A DNA stretch of 64,000 nt from Felis catus (lineage: Eukaryota). Position numbers and translations under genes: made by a program. Every line of letters starts with the position of its first letter. The first letter of the stretch is position 1. This document shows, piece by piece, positions 12,701 through 23,459 of this stretch. Below the pieces are notes generated by a model. It had not been told where the DNA came from, did no database searches, and saw only the letters and a list, made by a program, of their open reading frames with translations. Where the stretch lies: contig NC_058368.1 in NCBI RefSeq assembly GCF_018350175.1, positions 102,364,001-102,428,000 of the forward strand. Direction: 5' to 3'.

Positions 12701-13964
12701 CTGTTGAATAAACAGTGTCCAATTAACATACCAGCTGGAAGAACACCATCCCTCCGTTCTACGTCTCCCTCTACTATGCAACATCGGTAAAGTGAATAAG
12801 ATAATTCCAGTTGAAACTAACGGCCCTTCGAGGAAGAGAAAACAGGAGTGGCGCGGTGGATGGTTTTTGCCGGCAATGGGGGTTCGGGTCCTGGAAACTA
12901 CCAAAGTGACAAACAGGGCCGCAAGAGGAAATGGAAGAAAACACTGGCTGCGCTTCATCATTTCAGAAGACTTGCTGGATAAGCACGTGTCGTTCCGGCA
13001 GCTCTTTATCCGGGACTGACACCATCTACATTCTGAAATTTGCTTATGATTTTTCCCTAGTTTAGGTCAGGTAATAATCCCTAGACAGCCGTACCTTCTG
13101 TCTACCTTTCTTATTGTCACATTCTCTCCATAAATTGTTACAGTATATAATAAATGACTATCCATGGTGGACGTGCTTCGTCATAATTCTGCTACATTCT
13201 GAATTCGAGAAATGGCCACTGTCACTGACAGGCAGTCTGTGAAACTAACAGCACCTATGGTCTTGCTGCTGGAACTAACTCAAGGTCAAACCCTCTGTGC
13301 TGGGAAGGATAAAACGCGGTCTCTTGGAGAATATTGTTTCTTACCGCTTTGTGTTTAACCTGACAAAAGAAAAGGACGCCTGTCACAATGAAGATTGTGT
13401 ACCAAGAGTTACTTCCTAAAGAAAACATTCTAATCAAGCAATCTGGGCAACCACTGGCCTGTGGGTTGAAACGCAACGCCAAAAATCGAGCGTGGGGGGC
13501 AGGGCGAGAGGATGCCTCAAGTAACCAAATGAATGGATTCCAGGATGTTCAGCAGGCTCCAGTCAGCTCATCAGTCTTCACGTTATGATATGCCAGCATC
13601 GGCAATCAAGAGTTCTACCAGAAACTTCTCAGGAGTCCAATGTGCTGACTACACCAGGGAGAGGGTTTTATTGCTTTGTTTTGATTACGCAGCTATTTAT
13701 GTGCCGAAAACGATCCATCAGACCCATCATCCAGACAGACTGCACAACACTACTTCAGGCACAATGCAAATGACAGTCATCAGATCCCCCAGGGAAGCAG
13801 CTAGGAGACGGTATTACTCAGGGGACAGAATCCCTTTCTGAAGTCACCTGGAAGGCCCTCCTCTCTCTCACCTCTACTTCCTTTGTCCTTTGGTCCAAGG
13901 AAAAGGAGTGAACATCTGAGGACCGTCGCCAAGTCCATACCTTGTCCCAAGCAGTCTCTAACCT

Positions 13965-14100
13965 TATTTAAACCCTACAACGTCCCTATGAGACAGGAAT
14001 TGTTTTCTCATTGCAGATGAACCAAAGCAAGGAAAATTAAATTGTTCCTGGCCCTGAGGTTCGAATCCAGTTTTGTCTGGCTCCAGCCTCTGCTTTCGTC
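13965..14100 (-). mobile_element. MIR fragment
   Basis: ttaaaccctacaacgtccctatgagacagg...ttgcagatgaacc...ttcgaatccagttttgtctggctcc, MIR-like antisense. Confidence 0.55.
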
Positions 14101-14921
14101 ACTTCTGCTTCTCATCCTCCCAGTTCCAACCAAATTCCCCGGAAATTATTCTTGAGACTCTAGTGTGATGAAATTATCCCTCTCTTGGAGAAAGGCAAAT
14201 TTTCACTAACAATTTACAAGGTTATATTACCAAGGGACATTTTCACCTGACAAAATATACCCTAAAGGCTCCATTTAGGTCTAGAGCTCCATCGATATAA
14301 TCAAGATTTCAAAACTACAGCCAACTTTAAGGTTTGCATTTTCTCACCTCCTGTTTTTAATACTTTTTCTCTTGAACCAGTAAGACGTCAGTGTAATAAG
14401 TGAATAAGGCGCCTTCCCCATAAGCAGATGTCAATCTTCTGATCAAATTCATCAGTTTTAGTGCCTTCGCTATAATTATCCTCAAAGACCGAACTACTAT
14501 GGCATGCTATGCACCTAAAAGGAAATCATAGGCCTGAATAATGGTGAATTAGAACTGCATTCGACTCTATACACAGTTAATTCATGGCTTTTAAAACTCT
14601 TTCCATTTTGTTGGCCTCATGTAGATCCTGAGGGCTTACATGAGACCTATAGTCCTTTTCTTCTAACAATCGAGAAAAAGTAGGCATCACCGTCTTTCAC
14701 TTCCCTGGCCTTTGCAAAAATGCACGGTCATGAGCCCACATTGATGTTTTAAAGTCTTTCATTCTGTCCACAGCAAACTCATAATTTCATAATATGTTGC
14801 TTCCTTAAGTCAGCAAATGATTATCTTCCACCTGCAATGTGTCTGGAAATATGTCAGGCATATAGTCATCACCAAGCTGGCAAAATGCTTTCCTGGCTCT
14901 TATAAAGCTTACATTCTACAT

Positions 14922-15376
14922 CAAAGGTCAGTAAATTTTTTTTTAATTTTTTTTTTTAACGTTTATTTATTTTTGAGACAGAGAGAGACAGAGCATGAAC
15001 GGGGGAGGGGCAGAGAGAGAGGGAGACACAGAATCGGAAACAGGCTCCAGGCTCTGAGAGGTCAGCACAGAGCCCGACGCGGGGCTCGAACTCACGGAGC
15101 GTGAGATCGTGACCTGAGCCGAAGTCGGCCGCTCAACCGACTGAGCCACCCAGGCGCCCCAGTAAAATTTTTTTTCAGAACAGGGCAAGGTAGTAAATAT
15201 TTTAGGTTTTGTGGGTCATATGGTCCGCCTTGCAACGACCCAGTTTTGTCACTAAGGTACAAACACAGCCATAGACAGAAGGTAAGTTAAGGAGCATAAC
15301 TGCACAGTAGAAGGTTATTGACAAAAGCGGGCAGTGGACCAGTCTTGCTCTGTTGGTCGCAGTTTACCCATCCCTG
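14922..15376 (+). mobile_element. MER58A-like hAT DNA transposon, interrupted by a SINE
   Basis: Termini caaaggtcagtaaa...agtttacccatccctg, internal gtaaatattttaggttttgtgggtcata; degenerate 8-bp TSD ttctacat/ttctataa. Confidence 0.8.
14941..15160 (-). mobile_element. Felid SINE inserted in the MER58-like element
   Basis: Full antisense SINE; TSD cagtaaa(a)ttttt. Confidence 0.95.
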
Positions 15377-15809
15377 TTCTATAAGATACCACGTTGTTAC
15401 CAGTCTTACTTTTTATTATACGTACTACTGAGGTTAACATAACAGTATTTTTAACTAGACTTTTTATGTTTATATAATTGTAGATTCATACGAAGTCGGC
15501 AGAAATAATACAAAGTAGGGGGTGGGCCAAAGGGGTGAAGGTGGGCAAAGGGTACAAACCTTCACTTATAAGATATATGAGATCTAGGGATATAACACAC
15601 AGCACGGTGACTAGACTTAACAATGCTGTGTTGCATATTTGAAAGGGGGTTATAGGGTAGAAGTGAGAAGTTCTCACCCCACCCCCCACACCCAACACTC
15701 CAACCGTGTAGGGTGATGACGTTAACTAACCTCACTGTAGTAACGCTTTAGCAAAATACACACGTATCAAATCATCACATCATACACCTTCCACTTACAC
15801 AGCGTGATA

Positions 15810-16162
15810 TGTTAAAAGGTAAACTGTGGCATAGTAAACTGCTTGAAATTTATCTGGGCAAAAATCCATCTCATCTGGGTGGCACCAAACCGGAAGTGGA
15901 TGGGAGCTCTCCACCAACAAGAGCTGAGGGAGAGACTTTTATAGAGAAGACGTGGAAACAAAGCCAGAGAATCATTTGGTTGCCTGTAGTTTAAATGGTC
16001 TGCATTGTTTGGGAAAGCCTAGTTGACTGTGATTAGTTGTCTTTAGATTTCAATTTCTTAATCTTGAGGCATGACAGGCTTATATCCTAGCTTGCTTATG
16101 TAGGCTACGAAGGCAGTAAAGCCGTCTCAGTCTAACGGCCTCCTTGTTTGACGAATTTAATA
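15810..16162 (-). mobile_element. Probable ERV1-class solo LTR
   Basis: Termini tgttaaa...tttaata; on the - strand a TATAAAA box then an AGATAAA polyA-like signal near the 3' end; interrupts the L1 3' end. Confidence 0.6.
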
Positions 16163-16358
16163 GTGGGCTCAGTCAACTGAGCATCTGACTCTCGATTTTG
16201 GCTCAGGTGACAATCCCAGTGTCCTGGGACTGTGCTTCGAGTAGGGTTCTGTGCTGAGCGTGGAACTGGCTTGGGATTCTTTCTTTCTCTCCCTCTGCCC
16301 CTCTCCCTGCTTGTTCTCTCTCTCTCTCTCTCTCTCTCTCTTTAAAAAACAAAAAACA
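16163..16358 (+). mobile_element. Older Can-SINE
   Basis: ggctcagtcaactgagcatctgactctcgattttggctcagg head, CT tract. Confidence 0.85.
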
Positions 16359-16573
16359 GGGGCGCCTGGGTGGCGCAGTCGGTTAAGCGTCCGACTTCGG
16401 CCAGGTCACGATCTTGCAGTCCGTGAGTTCGAGCCCCGCGTCGGGCTCTGGGCTGATGGCTCGGAGCCTGGAGCCTGTTTCTGATTCTGTGTCTCCCTCT
16501 CTCTCTGCCCCTCCCCTGTTCATGCTCTGTCTCTCTCTGTCCCAAAAATAAATAAAAACGTTGAAAAAAAATT
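16359..16573 (+). mobile_element. Young felid SINE nested in an older SINE tail
   Basis: Full copy; TSD aaaaacaaaaaaca. Confidence 0.96.
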
Positions 16574-16697
16574 AAAAACAAAAAACAAACAAAAACAAAA
16601 AAACGCTGACAATAACAACAACAAATACCTGTCTGTCAATTATAGATCAATGAAGTTGAAAAAATAATTGCTTTTTTTTTAAAAAAAAGAAATAACA

Positions 16698-16826
16698 GGG
16701 GCACCTGGGTGGCTTAGTTGTTGAAGCATCCAACTCTCAGATTTCAGCTCAGGTCATGATCTCATGGCTCATAGAAGCAAGCCCTACCTCGGGCTCTGTG
16801 CTGACAGCAGGGAGCCTACTTGGGAT

Positions 16827-16869
<43 letters not shown>

Positions 16870-16916
16870 GCCCCTCCCCAGCTCATGCATGCTCTTGCTC
16901 TCTCAAAAACAAACTT
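16698..16916 (+). mobile_element. Older Can-SINE
   Basis: ggggcacctgggtggcttag head, CT tract. Confidence 0.88.
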
Positions 16917-16968
16917 GGAAGGAAGGAAGGAAGGAAGGAAGGAAGGAAGGAAGGAAGGAAGGAAGGAA
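16917..16968 (+). repeat. (GGAA)13 microsatellite in SINE tail
   Basis: Read directly. Confidence 0.95.
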
Positions 16969-17228
16969 TAGAGAAATCCCATTCATTCTTTACTCAGTTC
17001 TCCCCTCATGATACCATCTTCAAAAACTAGAGCACAATATCACAACCAAAATATGGACACTGATCCAGTCAACATTTCCATCAAGAATCCCTTGCGTTGT
17101 CTTTTCAGCACGTTACCCACTTTCTGCCCTAAGCCTCTTCCCTACACCCTGGCAACCAAGCATTAACCTGCTCTTCATTCCTCTACCCTTCTTCTCACCT
17201 CCTTAACTTTCAAGGTTAAGAATAAAAC

Positions 17229-17460
17229 GAGGCAAACCATAAAAGACTCTTAAACATAGAGAACAAACTGAGGGTTGATGGCAGGGTAGTGAAGCGGGGG
17301 GAAATGGGTGATGGGCATTGAGGAGGGCACTTGTTGGGATGAGCACTGGGTGTTACATGTAAGCGATGAGTCATGGGAATCTACCCCCAAAACCAAGAGC
17401 ACACTGTATTCACCGTATGTTAGCTAACTTGACAATAAATTATATTCAAAAAAATACAAT
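17229..17460 (+). mobile_element. Carnivore/felid L1 3' UTR fragment
   Basis: gactcttaaacatagagaacaaactgagggttgatgg...gggatgagcactgggtgtt...aataaa plus A tail. Confidence 0.88.
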
Positions 17461-19785
17461 AAAATATTCTCCTGTTGCTGTTACCACAGCACCGCGAGTC
17501 ACCTCTTACCCGACAGATTCTAAAACGAGTAAGCAAGTTGAAAATTCGTTGCATGCCATCAAATTTATCCTTAACAGTTTTTAGAAAGGCACCCTTTTAG
17601 AGATGCACACACACACCCCCCCCCTCTAAATACAACAGAGCAGACCCTGTCTTCAGTGGTAGACCAGATGGCTATCTCTTTGGTTAGGCACACAAAGAAG
17701 TTGTTTCTTCATATCCAGGATTATGCAGCTGAATCACTAAAACGCCCTTTAGGACTTCAAGAAAAGAATCGTGGGGAAACTGAGGTTACGCGAAAATAAC
17801 ATTTTCAGCTTCCTATCTCAAAGGTCTCATGCAGCATGGGATTGTCCTTTTAGTGACACATCCTTCTCTGTCTCCCTCTGTGTCTTCCTTTGGTTCCCTA
17901 ATGACAAGCATATATTGATGAGTATGAATATACTGATTCCTCCGACCATCACTGGGGATTTTACGGTATAATTCACTGTCTTGGTAGAGTTCATCTAACA
18001 AAACTACCACCTGGTCCTATGCTAGTTCCCCACACTGGGATCTACGTTAGCTAGATGGTTGCTGAGAATCGCATCTGTTCTTAAAAAAAAAAAAACAAAC
18101 AAAAAACACCCTTTTTCCTGCAGCAGACATTATATAGCTTCAGTATTGTAATTTTTGACACAGTGCATAAAGACTTCTTATCTAAAATTGGGTATTTGTT
18201 TTGTACATTAAGGGAGAGCATTAGGTTTGATTTTTTTGTTTTTTAGCTTTCATGCAGAAAGGATTGCCAACATCTATAGAAAGAATCAATTTTCTCCAAT
18301 ACTAAAGGCTTTGTTGCCTTCTTGTGAGTTTCAAAGAGCTTGGCTAATGTAAACCAAATTGAGTTTAAAAAAAAAATGTGCGGGGAGGTAGGCATTATTC
18401 AAAGGGAGTGCTCTGGTATGCCAAGTTTTCACCTAGAGAGAATTTTTACGGTCAACTTACAACCCTCTTAAAATAGAGTTATAATGGAAAACACCAGTAG
18501 ACAAACAGTAGTCACTTCAGAAGTCCCCTGAATAGCAGGATAAGTGTTGGCTGTTTTTTCCCGAGAAATACTCGAAATACCTACATGCGTTCCACCTTTT
18601 TTCAGCCACACACCTTCTAAATAATTTCCCAGGACAAGTGGAGGTTTGTGAGCAGAAGAGGAGCAGGGGCTGTCTGGAATGTTCCCTCAGATTTCCGCAG
18701 TAAGCTTGTGCCCTCCACATCAGTCACTCTTAACATGAAAGAGACTTGATTTAACTCCTGCCCGGCTGCACACCCTCGGACGGTTATGAAATGGAAGCTT
18801 ATATTCAATGCATGAGCTTGATCCTGAGAGCCTCACAATTCACAGCTTTCCCCAGAGGGAGTGAAGCCCTCACGCCTTCGCCTTTGCTGCGCACCATGGC
18901 TGTGCCTCTATTTTAGCACATATTTCACGCTGCCTTGTAGAATGATTTGTGGTGTGCATGTACATTTTTCCAACCAGATTCCGAGCTCTTAGGAATATTA
19001 TTCCCCACAGCTTCTAGCGCAGAGTCTGGCCCGTGCTGAGTACTCAGAAAGTCGGTCGGAGCCCAACTGGCTACCGAAAAGCTGAGCGTAAGCGAACCAG
19101 ACCCGGGATATCGGAGTTTGGCAACACAGAGGACCGGGGCCACGCTGATGCTAGAAAGACGACAACTTTTTTCATGCAGAGTGGGAAACATGTAAAGGAA
19201 TTCCGAAGAGAAGAGAGAGAAAGAAACCGAAAAGGTCAAACTGAAACCGGAAGGGTGGGTGAGAAGAACACAAATCTAGAATCTGCCTGAAGGTCAGTTT
19301 CAACTCTAGGGCCGGGCTTGGGTGGCTAAGCTGTGTGAATGTCGCAGTCTGGGGGAGCTGCATCTGGGAGCCGTGCGCCAACGAAAGATGCCAGCGACGG
19401 GCCAGGGCAACCCCACTCCCAGCTCCCAGATGCACCAAACACAAATCGTCTCCAGAAGAAGGCATTCTTGGTAGAGCCTCCTGGAGATTAAAGGGAACCA
19501 AACAGGAGCTCGTAACAACAATAACAACAACAATCACCAGATATGAGGAAAAGAGCAGCTACAGATGAATTTGGCAGACATATAAGTCCACGGGTTCCAT
19601 GGCTTCATGATCTCAAGTTTAAAATGATACAAAGAGAGTATCAAGTACAGGAGAAAATGTTTAGTGTGTAATTTTTAAAAATTATCAAGCATCAAGAGGC
19701 AACATCATCAGGAAGATTTAAGTAAAAATCAAAACAAACTTTCAGAAATAAAAAAGAAAAGCATTTACATTTAAAACTCGATGGA

Positions 19786-20025
19786 GGGGCGCCTGGGTGG
19801 CGCAGTCGGTTAAGCGTCCGACTTCAGCCAGGTCACGACCTCGCGGTCCGGGAGTTCGAGCCCCGCGTCGGGCTCTGGGCTGATGGCTCAGAGCCTGGAG
19901 CCTGTTTCCGATTCTGTGTCTCCCTCTCTCTCTGCGCCTCCCCCGTTCATGCTCTGTCTCTCTCTGTCCCAAAAATAAATAAAAAACGTTGAAAAAAAAA
20001 TTTTTTTAAATAAAATAAAAAAAAA
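19786..20025 (+). mobile_element. Young felid SINE
   Basis: Full copy; TSD taaaactcgatgga at 19772-19785 and 20026-20039. Confidence 0.97.
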
Positions 20026-20166
20026 TAAAACTCGATGGAAATATGGACAGCGGAGTATATACAGCTGGAGAAAAAAGGAGGGCACCGTGGTCAATATGTA
20101 AAAGTCACAAGCCAGCCCACCCAGGGTGAAACATGCAGGATCAAATGAGGTTACAAAATTACTTCA

Positions 20167-20365
20167 GGGCGCCTGGGTGGCTCAGTCGGTTTCGACTCTT
20201 GATTTTGGCTCGGGTCATGATCTCACCGTCTGTGGGTTCGAGCCCCATGTGGGGCTCTAGTCTGACAGTGTAAAGGCTGCTTAAGATTCTTTCTCCCTGA
20301 TCCTGCTTCCGCACGTGCTCGCTCTCTCTCAAAATAAGTAAGTAAACATTAAAAAAAAAAAAAAA
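20167..20365 (+). mobile_element. Older Can-SINE
   Basis: gggcgcctgggtggctcagtcgg head, A tail. Confidence 0.88.
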
Positions 20366-20681
20366 TACCTGACTACATCCTCCTACTCAAGACGACGACG
20401 TATGATGGCTTTCGGTCATCGATCAAAGGCAAAAATCTTCAGAGACGGGATGCAAAACTACTATCAAATAGCACAGAGAAAAACAAATTCACATCTAGAC
20501 ATACTGTAGTAAAAAAGCAAAATACCAAATACAAAATAAAAGAGCACAAAGTATATAGTAACTAGGACAAACTAGCTTCAGAGGAACAATGAGATAAACA
20601 GCAAGATTCTCAGCAGCAGTAATGAAGGCTAGAGGACCATGGAAGAATGGCATCTAACTAAGGCATCTAAACACTAAGGAT

Positions 20682-20817
20682 GGGACGCCTGGGTGGCTCA
20701 GTCGTAAGTGTCCGACTCTTGAGCTCAGCTCAGGTCTTGATTTCAGGGTCATGAGTTCAAGCCCCACACTGGGCTCCACGCTGGGTGGGAAAGCCTCCTT
20801 AAAAAAAACAAAAACAA
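20682..20817 (+). mobile_element. Short Can-SINE lacking the CT tract
   Basis: Head plus tail only; TSD aaacactaagg. Confidence 0.88.
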
Positions 20818-20924
20818 AAACACTAAGGGCTACAAACGTCAAGCTAAACCAGCGCTTTATCGTTTACAAATATCCTTTACAAATCAGGACAAAATAAGGA
20901 TGTGTTTAAATAAGCAAGTACCGT

Positions 20925-21066
20925 CCAGGCTGAGCAGAGAGCCTGCTTGAGATTCTTCTCTCCCACTCTGTCTACCCTTGCCCCACACCCGCTCACTCTC
21001 TCTCGTCTCTAAAAAAAATAAAATAAATTTAAAAAATTAAAAAAATTAAAAAAAATTAACTAAAAA
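20925..21066 (+). mobile_element. 5'-truncated Can-SINE
   Basis: gctgagcagagagcctgcttgagattc, CT tract and tail; degenerate TSD aaataagcaagtac/aaattaggaagtac. Confidence 0.75.
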
Positions 21067-21167
21067 TAAATTAGGAAGTACTAAGAGAGGATACTCAGCG
21101 GAACTTCAAACAAGAAATCCACCTGTATGCTATTCACAAAAAAGAAATTTAAAATGAGGACACAGAA

Positions 21168-21398
21168 GGGTGCCCGGGTGGCTCAGTGGGTTAAACGTTT
21201 GACACCTGGTTTTGGCTCAGGTCATGATCTCGCGGTCCGGGAGTTCGAGCCCCGCGTTGGGCTCTGTGCTGACAGCTCAGAGCCTGGAGCCTGTTTCCGA
21301 TTCTGTGTCTCCCTCTCTCTCTGCCCCTCCCCCGTTCATGCTCTGTCTCTCTCTGTCCCAAAAATAAATAAGCATTGAAAAAAAATTTTTAAATAAAA
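21168..21398 (+). mobile_element. Chimeric Can-SINE (old-type head, young-type body)
   Basis: Diverged head gacacctggttttggctcagg joined to a near-consensus young 3' part; no TSD. Confidence 0.85.
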
Positions 21399-21399
21399 C

Positions 21400-21510
21400 C
21401 AGACAGTACCTCTCTTAGGGGTTGTTATGAAAATTAAACATTAATACATATGAAGGACTTAGAATAATGCAGATACATAATCGATGCTACATGTTAGCTA
21501 TTTTTTTTTA
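21400..21510 (+). mobile_element. MIR 3' fragment
   Basis: cagtacctctcttagggggttgttatgaaaattaaa...aggacttagaataatgc. Confidence 0.65.
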
Positions 21511-21851
21511 TTATGCAGGTTCCAGAATCAATGCTGTTTCTATTTACGCCTTGCGAACACCTCCAAGTGACCTGGCTCCTATTCCGAGTTGGCAGAAATG
21601 TGACCCCTGGCGTAGTTCTAAAAATAGCACGTTAGAGCAGGGAGGACATCACGGAGTTCTACATGGCCCAACCTCCCACTGTAGAGCCCCAGCCCCAGGA
21701 GAGGTCCAAGAGCATATGGCTAATTAGCTATAGAAGTGAATCTAGCAACCAATCTCTCAAGTTTCAATCTTTAGTTTTTTCCCACCAACTAAGAGAATTA
21801 GCCTAAATGTCTCTAGAACCTCTTCCTTACTCCCGAAATTTGGTCTTCTTA

Positions 21852-22068
21852 TTTTTTTTTAAGTTTATTTATTTCGTGAGAGAGAGAAAGAGAGCACACA
21901 AGCGGGGCAGGGGCAGGGGCAGAGGAGGAGGGAGAGAGTGGATCCCAAGCAGGCTCTGCACCGCCAGCGTGGAGCATGGTACAGGGCTCAAACTCACGAA
22001 CCATGACATCATGACCTGAGCCAAAATCAAGAGTGAGACGCTGAACGCACTGAGCCTCCCAGGTGCCC
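21852..22068 (-). mobile_element. Older Can-SINE
   Basis: Antisense full copy; degenerate TSD ggtctt(c/a)tt. Confidence 0.88.
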
Positions 22069-22969
22069 TGGTCTTATTCTTACTACCTCTTAGTGTATTC
22101 TCCGTAAAACCATTTTGTTCTCCTTCATCTAATAGCCTGGTCTTCAGGTGGTCTAACCCCTCTGGACAAGTGCTTGCTTGGCAGTTTGCCCACCTAAACA
22201 GCTATCTGTCTTCACCTATGTAAATATTCACAGTGTACCCATTTGTTGGACTACAAGGAGGTCCAGGGAGAAGGCTGAACAACCATGGCTTTTCCTGTCA
22301 GTACTAGAGTTGCACCTTAGATATATGGGAATAAACCAAGACTTTGTAAAATGGCGTCTTAGAAAGACATGACCGCCATATTGTTTTCATGTCCACACAT
22401 TTTTTAAGCACCAGGCCAAATAATCTCAGCTTGATTTATATTACTAAATATTGTGGTGTCCTTTGAGCACCTCCAGCAGAGTCTAATTTTGCAACATTGA
22501 CCTCTCTCACTTACCAGCGTATCTTAAGTTCCACCCAAAAGGACACAGGTTTTTCTCAAAGACAGTCTGTCTTCCAGAGTCCCTTAGAAAAGTACAAATG
22601 CCCTTCAAAAAGCAACCCCCTGAAGCAGCAATTCAGCAAGATGAACTGCCAGGTGAGCTCAAGTCCATGGTCTGTAAGGAATCTGATTCAAGGCAGAATC
22701 GGGGATGTTCCCACAAGTAGAAAAAGAAAAGACACATATTCATCCAGAGCATAACGTCCCTGAAGACACTGTAAGGAGAGAGAAAGAAGGTCAAGAAAAA
22801 CCACACCTCTCCCACTTCACCATGTTTTGGAGACAGAGAGATTTGTTTACAGCAGCAGCAAAACAAGACAACTTTGTGGCAAGTCACCAAGAAAGAGAGT
22901 GACAGGCCACCAACTCAAATGGCTTCTACACCATGATGCTGAGGCTGTCATCTAAAAAAAAAAAAACAA

Positions 22970-23203
22970 GGGGCGCCTGGGTGGCTCAGTCGGTTAAGCG
23001 TCTGACTTCGGCTCAGGTCATGATCTCGCGGTCCGGGAGTTCGAGCCCCGCGTCGGGCTCTGTGCTGACCGCTCAGAGCCTGGAGCCTGTTTCGGATTCT
23101 GTGTCTCCCTCTCTCTGACCCTCCCCTGTTCATGCTCTGTCTCTCTCTGTCTCAAAAATAAATAAACGTTAAAAAAAAATTAAAAATAAATAAATAAATA
23201 AAT
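22970..23203 (+). mobile_element. Felid SINE, intermediate/young type
   Basis: Full copy with (AAAT)n tail. Confidence 0.95.
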
Positions 23204-23459
23204 ACAAACCAAAAGTGTCAAAGCAGAACAAAGCTTTAAGGCCTGTATTATTATACACAGTATTTCTAGAATAATAAATTAGATATCTCTGTGAGCTGGG
23301 AGAGGGAACCATATGGATGAGAAAGATTTCCCACTGCTACTTGATACATGTCTAGACTGCCCGGAACAACTTCATGTATATCTTAACATTCAAGCCGCAA
23401 GGTGCTTTCATATTTATCTTTCCTAATTAATAAGATGATACCTTTCATCTTGGAAAATG

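Larger units (their letters stand above)
15518..16665 (+). mobile_element. L1 3' end (L1MA9-like), split (15518-15809 and ~16634-16665)
   Basis: aagggtacaaaccttcacttataag...tatcaaatcatcacat...cttacacagcgtgata, resumed as tgtcaattatagatcaatgaagttgaaaaaa. Confidence 0.75.
15445..17190 (-). mobile_element. Ancient L1 (L1MC-like) 3' region split in two pieces (~15445-15515 and ~16969-17190)
   Basis: ataattgtagattcatacgaag...agaaataatacaaag continues as agagaaatcccattcattctttactcagttctccc...cacaatatcacaacc. Confidence 0.6.
20480..21167 (+). mobile_element. Ancient L1 ORF1 / early ORF2 remnant, interrupted by SINEs
   Basis: cacatctagacatactgtagt..., agattctcagcagcagtaatgaaggctagagg and aagaaatccacctgtatgctattcacaaaa resemble degenerate L1 ORF1 and endonuclease segments. 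Confidence 0.55.
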
